Source: Diplonema japonicum (Eukaryota; Protista; Euglenozoa: Diplonemea). Taken from it: a stretch of 64,000 bases of DNA. The position numbers and the translations under genes were made by a program. Location: contig OZ025733.1 of NCBI GenBank assembly GCA_964019335.1, positions 248,001-312,000 of the forward strand. Direction: 5' to 3'. This document shows, piece by piece, positions 31,451 through 42,324 of the stretch. The first letter of the stretch is position 1; the number at the start of each line of letters is the position of its first letter. Under the pieces are notes generated by a model. It was not told where the DNA came from, made no database searches, and worked only from the letters and a program-made list of their open reading frames with translations.

Positions 31451-32147
31451 ATGGACATCCCTGCCGATGTTCTGAAGAGGGTCATAGAGTACGCATGCTT
31501 TCCAGACGTGGTGCGTGGACGCGGGGTTTGCAAAACGTGGAAGAAGTACTGCAAGGCAAGGATAGACAAGGTTGGTCAAGAGATCCACTGCGGGATCGAC
31601 AAGACAATTCTGGAGCAAGCAAGGCCTCTAGTGAACTGGGGCGTGGTCCCGCGTGCCTTTACACACAGGGGAAGTGCAGCATTCTACGACGTAGCAGTTT
31701 CGGGGTGTCAGATGTCCGGGTGTTCCTCTCTGTTCCGTGCATTGGTACCAAGTGATGACGGGACATGCTCCCGCACCCTTCACCTTCCCCGCTATGCAAT
31801 CACCTTGAATGACACCATCATCGCGGAGCTCTACTACCGCACCTCGGTCTTGGTCATTCTCGTCTACGACACTTCTCAACCCTTCTCTTCTTTTCTTGCG
31901 TGGCTCTCCGGACATCTCCACAAGATCCCTAGTTCTTGCATACTGGTAGGTACGAAATGTGACCTGCCGCCTGACCCTTCGACTGCTGTTCTCGCCGACG
32001 GTTTGTCTCATTTGCTGTGTGTGCCTCATGTGAGGACGTCGTGCTACAGCGGCAAAGGAGTGGGCAGGGTTGAAGCTTGTGGAGGAACAATGCGAGAGGG
32101 TGGCGAACTGGAAGAAGGGGACACCGACAGGGTGTTGTGCTCAATAG
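31451..32147 (+). CDS. F-box plus degenerate Ras-like GTPase domain protein; probable frameshift near 32061, with a CaaX end (CCAQ*) in the +1 frame
   Basis: IPADVLKRVIEY...V.RGRGVCKTW (F-box); VAVSGCQMSGCSSL, VILVYD, ILVGTKCDL and TSC (G1, beta4, G4 and G5-like); the +1 frame reads LKLVEEQCERVANWKKGTPTGCCAQ-TAG. Confidence 0.7.
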
Positions 32148-32352
32148 CTACAAAAAGAAGAAGGGGGAAAGAAAAAAAAAAGAAAGAAAGGAAACTTTTG
32201 CTATTGTGGACAAGACGATTGACCTGACCAAAATGCAAAAAAAGAAAAAAACGGCTCGGGGCTGGCTAAATAAAAAGGAATTCAATCAACCGCTTAAAAA
32301 ACAGATACACATTGGGAGAGGTTCAAAAAAAAAAAAAAAAAAGAGGAAAAAA

Positions 32353-33366
32353 ATGCAGCTGTACCTTGCTCTTTTCGCTGTGGGTGTTGCGGTTTCGCAA
32401 GCAACGGAGAGTCAGAACGCACAAGAGGACCGTGTGGGGGAGAAGGCCGCGGAGGATGTGTCGAAGAGCGCAGTGAGCGCGAACATGATTGGGGGCACCT
32501 TGTGGGATTGGGACCGCTGCATGGCGGAGCCGTGCAAGGAAGGGGAGGGGGATTGCGACTCCGATGCGGAGTGCAAAACCGGGCTGACGTGCGGCCACAA
32601 CAACTGCAAGACAATGCACCCTGCAGATGCAGACCTGTACATGACATACGCTGACTGCTGCGAGGTGATCCAGCCCTTCCACCTGGACTACTGCCAAGAG
32701 AAGCCTGGGTGTGGGTTCGGGGTCGGGGACTGCGACGACGACGACCAATGCGGAGCAGGGCTGGTGTGCGGGTACAACAACTGCAGGGCGATGCACGCAA
32801 GGACGGACCCCGTGTTGATCCACCACAGAGCCGACTGCTGCACAACCTGTGCGGCTGTGACTGTGGTGCTGGACGGGGTCCCCACTCCTCAGCCCCCGAT
32901 GTCCTTTGTTGGCGGGGAGCTCGTGACACCTGAGAGGACCCTCGCGAACCCCCCGAGTATCCTGGCGGGGTCCGTGGCGCACAGCCTCCCACCCCTCTCC
33001 TCTGACGATGAGATCAAACTGGAGTGCTGTGCGAAGAAGAACTCTCCTTGCAACTTCTTCGTTGCCGTGTACCACTGCCCGCCTTGCTCTGCCACTGCTA
33101 ACGGTGGGATTCCCGGCTTCCTTGCGTCTCAAGGGTGGATGGGTGCCTCCTGCGCTCCTGTTTTCACACCCGCTGGCTCTTCGCAAGCCCAGACAATGAC
33201 AGTCTTCCAGCAGACTCTCCGAGCTGGCGAGGAGCTCACCATCCCCCTTTCCACTGCTGCCCCTCACGTTGCTGTTTTCACCACTACTGGCGGGGTCGGG
33301 GATTGGTGCCCCAAGAGGGTTGCAGTTGGCACCACGGGTCCCAACAGACCTTGCGTGTGCCTTTGA
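32353..33366 (+). CDS. Secreted cysteine-rich protein
   Basis: Signal peptide MQLYLALFAVGVAVS; two C..G.GDCD.D..C..GL.CG.NNC repeats; C-terminal domain with YHCPPCS...NGG.PG.L...GW...SCAP.F. Confidence 0.8.
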   Translation: MQLYLALFAVGVAVSQATESQNAQEDRVGEKAAEDVSKSAVSANMIGGTLWDWDRCMAEPCKEGEGDCDSDAECKTGLTCGHNNCKTMHPADADLYMTYADCCEVIQPFHLDYCQEKPGCGFGVGDCDDDDQCGAGLVCGYNNCRAMHARTDPVLIHHRADCCTTCAAVTVVLDGVPTPQPPMSFVGGELVTPERTLANPPSILAGSVAHSLPPLSSDDEIKLECCAKKNSPCNFFVAVYHCPPCSATANGGIPGFLASQGWMGASCAPVFTPAGSSQAQTMTVFQQTLRAGEELTIPLSTAAPHVAVFTTTGGVGDWCPKRVAVGTTGPNRPCVCL

Positions 33367-33839
33367 GAGCGAACGAATAGCATTTCTTTTTTTTTTTCTT
33401 TTGGGTTGCCAAGAAATAACCATCCCCCCCCCCCCCCCCCCCCCCCCGTTGCCTTCTCTAAGCAGAAGGGCAGCAGGGGGAGAAAAACTTTTTTTTTGTA
33501 GGTTACCTTAGTAACCTATTATTTTTATCGTTCCTCTGGAATGTCAGTTCTCATCTTGCTTTTTTTACCTCGTAAGTTAAATTTCCTCCCCCCTTTTTTT
33601 CTTCTTCTTCTTCCTCCTCCTAAAAACAGTATTTTTGGAAAAAACAAAAGGTTATCATGAGCTTCCAAAACGCGAAAGTTATCTATTGCCTTTTTTTTTT
33701 TTGAGAACAACGGGGCGTCTCACAAAGACCTCCTTTAACTCATATATTTTTTCCCCCCCCCTCTCCCCCTTTCTTTTTTATTGATTGCCCCCCCCCCCCC
33801 CCCCCCCCCAACATCATTAAAAAGAAATACAAAAAAGGG

Positions 33840-36542
33840 ATGTTCAAAAAGTTCGAATTATTCGACCCGTCCATCCCGCGGCAATGGAGGAAAGCGGCTG
33901 TTATCACGGTGGCGATGTGGAGCGTCATGTTAATACCAATATTGATTTTTGCGCCGAAGCTGACGGGGACAACGTCGATGGATTTCATCCCGCCCTCGGG
34001 TTCTGATTCCCAACACGGCGCCGACGCCTTGAACAAGTACTTCCCCTCCGTGCAATCGACCAACCAGTTCGCCATTGTCATCGAAGGCCCGAAAATCTAC
34101 CCTCACAACCAACCTGTAAAGGAATACAGCAAGTTCATAGCCGATGGCGTTGTTCAGTACAATGCAGACCATCCTGGAGAATGGCCAGAAGAAGTTATTT
34201 TCTGCACGCTGAGCACGTATGCTGTTAACGGTTCGTACCAAGGATGCTTAGACGGGGAATACCTCTTTCCTTTGATGCGTTCCCGTGTGTTGGTGTCAAA
34301 AGACAACACCCTGACAATTTTAACAATCGTCTTCACCGACCCTACAGGTACAGTCGGTCTGTCTGCAACATCCGGCGACTTTCTTCAAGATTTTGCCGAA
34401 CACCTCCGGAACCACATGGTTCACAATATGGGTTCTTACAACAGCTCGTATTCTGCTAAGGCGACGGGCATTCTCATGCTGGGGATCGATGGTATGCAGG
34501 GCACTATGCACGACATGGCCCAGTCTGACATGATTATCATCCCGATCGCCTTCGCGATTTTCACGTATTACATTCGCAGTGTGAGGTTATTGTTGTTACC
34601 TTTCGTTTCGTTGATACTTTCTGTCGGGGCGGCCTTCGCCGCGGTGTACCCTATAAGTAAATATTCCGGGATGCAGTTCATGACCATGGTCCCACAGACA
34701 ATGATGTCCTGCTGCCTCGCGATCAGTTTGGACTACAACCTGTTCATTTTGATGCGGTTTCGCGAGGGTGTCGAAATGGGATTTTCCATCAAAGCGACTG
34801 TCGGAGCGATCGTACGGCACACATGCGGGCACACCATCGCTATATCAGGGCTTCTTATCACTTTGGCGTGGTTTGGGATGATGCTTATCCCTGCACAGCC
34901 GATTCTAACACAAGGCCTTGGTACTGGAATCGCAACGCTGATCGTTGTGCTAGTTAATGTAACAATGACGCCTGCCTTGTTAATCATCTTCCCGGGGTTT
35001 TTCAAGGTCAAAACAGATCTTTCCATAGTGAAGAATTTATGGGCGAAATACGTGTCGCGCTCGAACGGAAAGGACATGGCGACGAACACCGTTCAGGAGG
35101 ACGACATGGAAACCTGCGAGGATATGAGCGAAGGCGAAACTGAACGTCTTGTTCACTCCGCATCCGGAATTCCTGTAGACAAGGCCGCCTTGCAGAAGGA
35201 TGACGTTTGGTACAAAATTGCAAAATTCGTGCAGCGTCACTCCATCGCGCTCATCGTGGTGATTCTGTTGGCCGGCGCGCCGTTTTACATCAGAGCACCC
35301 GACATAAAAACATCTCTGGACCCCTTCCAGTTCGTCCCGAGAAACTCCGACTCTCTAACTGCATGGAGGGACATGGCAGCGAAATTCCCCGCAGGCATCT
35401 TTCTACCATACTTCATAGTCGTAGAAGACACAACAAACTCCGAGCTGATCAACACGACAATTGGGTACGAAATGCTTGGGAACCTGACGGACCGTATCAT
35501 GCATGGGACAAAAATGGCTGACTACCCCGATCCTGATGGTTATCTGGAGGCGATTGTTCAATTCCCGAATATTTCACATGTTGGGTTGTGTAAACCTCCA
35601 GGCGTTGAGATGTGGGACGGGGTCATTACGTGGGAATACTTATACTCTGAGGAACATGGTTTACTCGTCCACGATTCAGATTTCAACCCGTGGACCAAAG
35701 AGATCTGCAAGCTAGCTTACGAGGAGGTCTTCAGAAAGAATGTGAAAAACAACACAGCGACGTTCATGACCGTTGTGACCCCGTTTCAACCAACGGGTCC
35801 GGTATCGACAGATTTCATGGATGAGCTGTTTGACATTTTAGGGGATTTCAATGATAACCCGTACGGGTTGAGAATGTACATAACAGGAGGGAATACGGTG
35901 TCGAGGGATTTCAACAAGATTGTGGATAACGCAACGATTTTAATGCTTGGATCCATTGTGGGGTTTGTGTGTATGGTGGTGCTGGCTGCGTTCCGTTCCG
36001 TGACCATTCCCTTGAGAATGGCGGTTACGATCAGTTATACAGTCGCTACGACATTTGGGGTAGCATATTACGTGTTTCAAACTGACGCGTTTCATTGGAT
36101 GTTCCCGTACCTCAAGGATTTTGGACATTCGATTTTTTGGGCGGTTCCCACCATGGCCATTTGTATCACCGTTGCATTGGGCATGGATTATGACGTGTTT
36201 TTATTAACGAGAATCTACGAATACCGTACTCAATATGAGTACGAGTCGGATGCCGCTATCATCAAGGGTCTGACGAAGACCGGGCCGATCATCACAGGAG
36301 CTGGGATTATCATGACGATCGCTTTTGCGGGGTTGATTCTGTCTTCTTGTGTCGCGTTGAACCAGTTCGGGGTGCTGCTGTGCTCGTCGGTCTTGCTGGA
36401 CACATTCGTTGTCCGGTCCCTGTTCGTCCCTGCTACCATGTTCCTCAGCAAGGAATTGGTTTGGTTCCCTCGGTCCGTCCCTAAGGGCGCGCATACCGAG
36501 GATGAATTTGTTGATGAACAGGAAGACGTGGGGTTGGATTGA
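33840..36542 (+). CDS. MMPL/RND-family multi-pass membrane transporter
   Basis: Two halves, each with one TM, a lumenal domain and five TMs; ISLDYNLF..RFRE, GMDYDVFLLTRIYE, TG.IIT.AG.IM and LDTFVVR.L.VPA motifs. Confidence 0.9.
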   Translation: MFKKFELFDPSIPRQWRKAAVITVAMWSVMLIPILIFAPKLTGTTSMDFIPPSGSDSQHGADALNKYFPSVQSTNQFAIVIEGPKIYPHNQPVKEYSKFIADGVVQYNADHPGEWPEEVIFCTLSTYAVNGSYQGCLDGEYLFPLMRSRVLVSKDNTLTILTIVFTDPTGTVGLSATSGDFLQDFAEHLRNHMVHNMGSYNSSYSAKATGILMLGIDGMQGTMHDMAQSDMIIIPIAFAIFTYYIRSVRLLLLPFVSLILSVGAAFAAVYPISKYSGMQFMTMVPQTMMSCCLAISLDYNLFILMRFREGVEMGFSIKATVGAIVRHTCGHTIAISGLLITLAWFGMMLIPAQPILTQGLGTGIATLIVVLVNVTMTPALLIIFPGFFKVKTDLSIVKNLWAKYVSRSNGKDMATNTVQEDDMETCEDMSEGETERLVHSASGIPVDKAALQKDDVWYKIAKFVQRHSIALIVVILLAGAPFYIRAPDIKTSLDPFQFVPRNSDSLTAWRDMAAKFPAGIFLPYFIVVEDTTNSELINTTIGYEMLGNLTDRIMHGTKMADYPDPDGYLEAIVQFPNISHVGLCKPPGVEMWDGVITWEYLYSEEHGLLVHDSDFNPWTKEICKLAYEEVFRKNVKNNTATFMTVVTPFQPTGPVSTDFMDELFDILGDFNDNPYGLRMYITGGNTVSRDFNKIVDNATILMLGSIVGFVCMVVLAAFRSVTIPLRMAVTISYTVATTFGVAYYVFQTDAFHWMFPYLKDFGHSIFWAVPTMAICITVALGMDYDVFLLTRIYEYRTQYEYESDAAIIKGLTKTGPIITGAGIIMTIAFAGLILSSCVALNQFGVLLCSSVLLDTFVVRSLFVPATMFLSKELVWFPRSVPKGAHTEDEFVDEQEDVGLD

Positions 36543-36677
36543 TTGATTTTTTTTTTTTTTTTTTTTTTTTTTAAAGCGGGCTCTCTCCCCTTTTTTTTTT
36601 TCCGACTTTCGATGGGGGGGGAGGTTTTTTTTTTTTTTTTTTTTTTTTTTTCTCTTTTTCACCACGCCACCGCGGTG

Positions 36678-36717
36678 GGCCGTTGCTAACCACTTCCTTC
36701 GTTTCCTATCATAGTGA
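36678..36717 (+). repeat. M35 motif, copy 3 (small insertions)
   Basis: ggccgttgctaaccacttccttcgtttcctatcatagtga. Confidence 0.85.
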
Positions 36718-36780
36718 AATTCTTTTTGACAGCCCCCCCACCCCCCCCTCTCAATTTTACTTTCATACGCGTGCGCCTTG

Positions 36781-36830
36781 TTTTATTTCACTGCACAAAA
36801 TACGACGCTCCTAAGGAGGGTGAAATAAAA
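36781..36830. mobile_element. 50-bp mini element with TTTTATTTCAC...GTGAAATAAAA inverted termini
   Basis: Same 11-bp inverted termini as the element at 50848-51231. Confidence 0.45.
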
Positions 36831-38185
36831 CCAAATTCACGCCCAATGAGCTTTCTGCTCTCTTGGGGGGGGATCACACTCTCGAAGACTTGGATCGAGG
36901 GAATTTTTATTTTCCACTCAAGTGACAGAAAATTCATTGTTCGTTGGGAAAAATAAAGCTATAAATGTCAGCCTGGTCTGACAAATTCCCGGGCCACAAA
37001 ACGACCGTCCGTGAGATTTTCACTTTACAGTAATTTTTTGGGCAGGAAGGGGTGGGGTACTTTGCCTCCCCCTTTTCATTTGGTTCGTTCAAAAGATCTT
37101 TTTCTTTTTCCCCCTTTCTTTGATTTCTCAATAATTTTAAAAAAAGAACTCTAAAAGAATTCCAAAAAAAAAAAAAAGAAAAGACTGCGTAATTAAGAAG
37201 AAGGGGGGGGGGGAAAGAAGGAAAAAAAAAATGCCCCGGTTTTCTACCTCATGTGGTGCTTTTTTTTTTCGAGGGGAGGGGCAGGAGCACCTTTTACCTC
37301 TCCTCTGTAGTTCAAAAACTTTTTTTATTTCCGCTTTCACATTTTTTTTTTTGCCTCTTTCGATTTTAGAACAAGAAAGCAAACAAGTGTTTGTTTCGAG
37401 GGTATTCTTTTTAACGGGAAAATAAAATATTCTTTCAGAGGATTTTGTGGAACATATGTAATTCCCCATGTGGTTTATGACTTTTGAAGTAATGCCCCCA
37501 TTTTAAAGTCAATATGCTATTTTCTCATCTACCTTCTATTCTTTTCCACTACAAGGGAAAAAAGGGGGGTAAGTCACTTATTACCCAATCGGTAATGGTC
37601 TCGAGCCTCCAAGAAGCAAGAAAAGAAAAAAAGAAGAAAAAAAACCTTTTCAGTGACACATGATGGATAAGGCGTTCCCAGACTTAAACGAAAGTTATGA
37701 CTTTCTTTTGGGCACTAAGTGAGAGTTTCTGCATTTTTCTTGGATTTTATGTGAAGTACCTGCCCCCCCCCAAAAAAAAAGGAGAAAAAGAAAAGTTTGT
37801 GGGGAGGAGGAAGGTTGAGGCACCCTCCCCTCCCCCCTCGCTTCCTTTCCCTTTTTTTCCCTCTTCTTTTTTTTTTTCTTCTTTTCCTTTCTTCCTTCTT
37901 TATTTTCCCCCTGCATAGTTGCAGCTGATTGTTCTCGCGCTACGAATGGCAGAAGAAAAAAAAAAGAAAATGAGAGGAAATATTTTTTCTCCCCCCCCAC
38001 CTTGCTGCAGCAGTCTCTTTTTCCTTTTTTTCTTTTTTATTTTTTTTTTCTTTTCGCCACCCTCCCCGACCAGTAATCAATGGTTGAAAGTCAGTTTTTT
38101 TTTATTTTATTTTTACCCGTGCCATCGCAATTTTACGAGAAGGAGGGGGGGAGGGAGGGAGAAGGGGGGGAAAAAAAAATAAATA

Positions 38186-38519
38186 ATGCAGCCAACATCC
38201 GTTTTGTTGAATGCGCTCTTCTTCCTCGCGCTGATCGGGCCCGTCAGCGCGAAGTGCTGCCCCTACCGATTTGAAGACATATGGCAGTACATACTCACCC
38301 CTTTCATCACCTTGGGCATCGGGTATGGCACGAACATGGTCGCGGTTAAGATGCTTTTCCACCCGAAAGAGCCGAAAAAGCTCCTGTGCTTTACATTGCA
38401 CGGGATCTTCCCCAAGAGAAAAAGCACCTTGGCCGAGAAGATCGGAGACACAGTAAATACAAAGTTGTTGACTCACGCAGATATCAGGGAACACATGTTG
38501 AAAGATGGGTTTCAGGTTT

Positions 38520-38556
<37 letters not shown>

Positions 38557-38938
38557 ATTTTCTACTTAGATGTCATTGGTTCCAGTTGTGGAACAAATAG
38601 TTGAAACCCTGCTTACCACTGGTCTGGACGAGGTCCACCCGCAGTTTGGTATGATGCTTGCTGGTGCGCAGTCACTCCGCACCAAGTTGAAGCAGGATTT
38701 TGTGGCAGAGGTGGTGGAAGCACTCCCGATGCTGACGACGAAGATCTCCGAGCAAATGGAAAAAACCACTAAAATCGACGAGATGGTCCGGTCGAAAATC
38801 GAGGAGATGTCGTTGGACGACATGGAGCGCATGTTTTTGGACTTCATGGAGGAGGAGTTCAAATTCATCGAGTTCTTGGGGGGTTTTTTGGGGTTTTTTG
38901 TCGGTCTCATCCAGGCCCTTGTGTTTTACTTTACATGA
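38186..38938 (+). CDS. DUF445/UPF0754 (YheB-like) membrane protein with N-terminal signal peptide; exons 38186-38515, 38570-38938
   Basis: IGYGTNMVAVKMLFHP...GIFPKRK..LAEKIG and E.EFKFIEFLGG.LGF.VGL.Q are the N- and C-terminal signatures of DUF445; joined in frame by a GT-AG intron. Confidence 0.85.
38516..38569 (+). other. Spliceosomal cis-intron, 54 nt, poly(T) (GTTTGT...CTTAG), followed directly by ATG
   Basis: Phase-0 removal joins the two DUF445 halves in frame. Confidence 0.8.
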
Positions 38939-39023
38939 AAAGAAAAAAAAAGAAGAAAAAAAAATAGAACAAAATAAGAAATAGTGTTTTTTTTTTTTTT
39001 TTTTTATCCCCGCCAGAAATAGC

Positions 39024-39061
<38 letters not shown>

Positions 39062-39587
39062 CATACCTTCTCCCCATCATAGCGCGCCACCCTCTTTTTT
39101 TTTTCCCCCTCTTAGAAAAGAGGGGAGGGTCAAAAAAAAAGGGGGGTGGTTGTATAGATAGAAAAAAAAAAAGACCAAAAAAAAAAACTTACTTCGTTTC
39201 TTTCTTCTTTTTTTTTTTACCCGTCTTTTTTCTTTCTTTTTATATTTGTGTCAGAAAGAAAGGGGGGAAAGGAAAAGCCCCCGGATAGAGGAACTGAATT
39301 TAAAAAAAAAAAAAAAAAAAAACGCCCCTCCCCCATCTGCCCACATTTTAGGGAATCTACCCTCTTCCCTAGAAGAAGTAGAAGAAGGTTAGAAATAAAA
39401 AGATGTGGTTTCGTTGACAAAAACCTCTTTTTTTTTTTGTTATTCTGTTTTCCCCTCTCCAATCCTCTTTTTTTTTCTTTCTCCCCTCCCCCTCCCATGT
39501 CCTTTTTTTTTTTTTTTTCTCCCAACATCTGTCTTAACAAAACAAAAAAAAAAAAGAGGGAAGGGGGGACCAAAAAAAAAAAAGAAC

Positions 39588-42095
39588 ATGCAGGCGAGAA
39601 CACAGTTGGCGAAACAAGGGGAGAGAGCGTTTGAAAAAATGACAAAAATAGTATGATCCCGGATTTTTTTTTTTTAACCCATAACACTCCAGGGCCTATC
39701 TACTAGGGGTCCCTTTTTTGCTCCTTTTCATAATTTGAGGGGGAAAATGGCAGCATTTAACCCCCGTTTGCAGGTAAAACGGGTTTTTTGGACCAGGAAA
39801 ATTTAAAAAAAAAGTTCAAAAATTAAAAAAAAAAAAAAAAAAGAGACATTTAAGGGTACCTGCGGTATGTGGCAGGACGCCAAATTAATAAAAATACAAA
39901 GGGGATGAAGAGTTGAATGGCCGTAGGGTGCTCAAAAACGACCATGTCAAATGGGTTGTGCACGGGGGGGTGTAAATTGAGCATCTTGGGACAAAAAAGG
40001 CAGCATCAGGACCCCTCAGATGTCTCAGACCGAGAGAAGTGCCTATTTGCGGGTGGAATATCGGCCTCGAAATCGTCAAGAGGCCTTTTTGGGGTGACAG
40101 AAGAGTGGTACGAAAAAAGCACTTATTTGGACTGAGGTGTTGGTTTCAGGTGTAGCATTTGTAGATTGTGCGTTTTGTGCATCCTTTCAACCTGCAGACC
40201 CTAGAGGTGCCCCCTTTGAGTGGCTAGCGGTCACGTTTGGTGTAATCTGGGGTATCGGGGGTGTGTGCACCACTAGTTGGGTGCCGGGAGTGATGTTTTT
40301 GCAACGCTGGACCCATCAATCAGGCTCTGTCGAAAGCGCTCTTTAAAAGAGCCAGGGTTGTGTATCTCTTTGGCATCCCTGAACCATATTTTATTTGAAG
40401 TGCATGGCAGTTAACTATTGTCACTTCTAGGGCCCACCAGAAGAGTCCGCAACACCCCAACGAAATGCAAGCCCCTCACAGTTTTTTCACAGGGCTTCGG
40501 CCAGACCCACAGTCAAAAAGTAGCTATCGCAAACTACCGTGTTGTCATTTCCCCGGAAAGGCTCCGTTAACCCCAGCACCGCCTTTTCCACAACACTGAA
40601 ATCTTCAAGTGCGTGCCCCTCGATTTTGGTGGCGTGGATGTGAAAACGCAAAAGATAACCCGTGCTCGTGCAGTTTGCAGCAGATCTTTATGCCATATCT
40701 TTTACGCTTGAGAGGACAGTAGACCCGCAGCCCCCCAATTGCCCCGTGAAGGTACGAGTGTCTCGTCAATGCTTAAATATTTTCCTGGCACTGCTGCCTT
40801 TGCCCATTTGTCACCAATTCTGTCCAGAAACCCTCGTATCTTCACAACACATCACCGTTTGACTTCTGTGTGAGTGAAGTGGAGGCTACTTTTATTTCCC
40901 GGTAGCGTCTCCTGGGCATCGTGTTACTGAAAAGGGGGATTTTCATGGGTCCTGTGGACCACTACGACTGCTGATTCTGCGGGTTTCGCCGTAAACCCAT
41001 CGCAATGCTCAATCCGAGTAAGCGGTGGAGTCCTGGGTCGAAATTTTATCAATCTCAGCGTCCTTTTGCTTGTTTGTCTCTTCTTGGATGACGTCTGTGA
41101 GCTTCTTATAAAAAAACCGAAGGAATAACCATTTTGCGTCGTCAGGTTTCTGCGTACCACGGGACAGCTTTTTTTCTCCCCACTGGCCTATTTTATGGTC
41201 TCTATGGGTACCAACTCCCTTACCCATGAAGGTTGGACCTCGTCCGTAGCTGTTTTGGCTTTACCTTTGCGTTTTTTGGGAACAATTTGGGCACAGTATG
41301 CACACCCGTTATTTTGCGTTTTTAGCCTATCTACTCGGATTTGGGACCCACTGTGGGTGGATAACAAGGTAAAGTGATGCAGCGCAGCATGAAATGCAGT
41401 TGAAAATAACTCCTCACTATAGTCGTTCTTGGAGATCCAGGGGTCGTGGGGACGAAAAAGTACATAGAGAAAAAAAAAACGATTTTTCAAAACGACAAAT
41501 ATTTGCGCCTTGGAGTGTTATGGGTTAAAACAAAAAACACACGAAAGAACGCGGAATTATTCGTTATTACATATGGTTCCCTTGTAACACAGCTTCTAGA
41601 GGACACAGGGGGCTGTGTGGAAGAGGTGAACACACAGCTTGAGATGATGGGGTACAAAATTGGTGTACGGCTAATCGACGAATATCTAGCAAAAGCGAAC
41701 ACGAGCTGCAGGACTTTCAAGGACACAGCAGAAGCTATTGCAAAAGTGGGCTTCAAAATGTTCCTCGGGATCTCCGCCCAAGTGAACAACTGGGCCGAGA
41801 ACGGGGAGGAGTACAGCATCACTCTGGACGAGAACCCCCTCACAACATTTGCCGAGCTCCCTGCGAAATACCAAGGGCTTTGGTTTTCCAACGTGCTGTG
41901 CGGCGTCATCAGAGGAGCCCTGGAGATGGTGACATGGAGGGTCGAAGCTGTATTTGTGAAGGATGTACTAAGGGGAGACGAGTGTATGTTTTTATAAGGG
42001 GGAAAGAAAAAAAACTTTTTTTTTGTTTAGGTACCGAAATTAGAATCACTCTGCTCGAGCGTTTGAAGGATGAATTTAAGCAGGACGATGACTAA
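39588..42095 (+). CDS. BET3: TRAPP complex subunit Bet3 (TRAPPC3); exons 39588-39650, 41548-41983, 42031-42095
   Basis: Spliced product reads MQARTQLAKQGERAFEKMTKI|NAELFVITYGSLV.QLL.D...VN.QLE.MGY.IG.RLIDE.LAK...FKMFLG...ENPL..F.ELP...L.FSN.LCGVIRGALEMV...D.LRGD.C|TEIR. Confidence 0.93.
39651..41547 (+). other. BET3 intron 1 (GTATGA...GAAAG), about 46 nt plus an inserted piggyBac element
   Basis: Phase-0 join restores the conserved KINAELF of Bet3. Confidence 0.88.
39678..41524 (-). mobile_element. Decayed piggyBac DNA transposon, 1847 bp
   Basis: TTAA at 39674-39677 and 41525-41528; 18-bp TIRs CCCATAACACTCCA(G/A)GGC with 1 mismatch; broken minus-strand transposase with PGKYLSIDETLVP (~40750-40790), RYGIKI and LTEPFRGNDNTVVCDSYF..V.LAEAL (~40490-40570). 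Confidence 0.93.
41984..42030 (+). other. BET3 intron 2, 47 nt (GTATGT...TTTAG)
   Basis: Removal restores the RGDEC|TEIRI C-terminus of Bet3. Confidence 0.88.
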
Positions 42096-42324
42096 AAAAA
42101 TCTTTTCCCACGTGGGGGGGGGGAAGAACGGGGAAAAAAAAAAGAAGAAAAAAAAAGCAGTGTTTTTTTCCCCCCCTCCCTTTTTTTTCCCTTGCTTTTT
42201 TTTTTCTCTCCACAATTTCTTTACCCCCCCCCAACTTTTTTTTACAAAAAAATCCGTTTCCACAAAAAAAAAAAAAAAAAAAAAAAAAACGGAAAAGCAA
42301 AAAAAAAAAAAAAAAAAAAAAAAA

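Noticed and set aside
32323-33423. Long minus-strand ORFs (366 aa here; also 23937-24851 and 5516-6328)
   Set aside because: Antisense shadows of well-supported + strand genes, with no recognisable motifs
41446-41547. ORF-track N-terminus for BET3 (MGTKKY...)
   Set aside because: It is the piggyBac right end plus intron sequence; the real exon 1 is 39588-39650
6670-42030. Non-canonical (non GT-AG) euglenid/diplonemid-type introns
   Set aside because: Every interruption I could reconstruct has GT-AG ends
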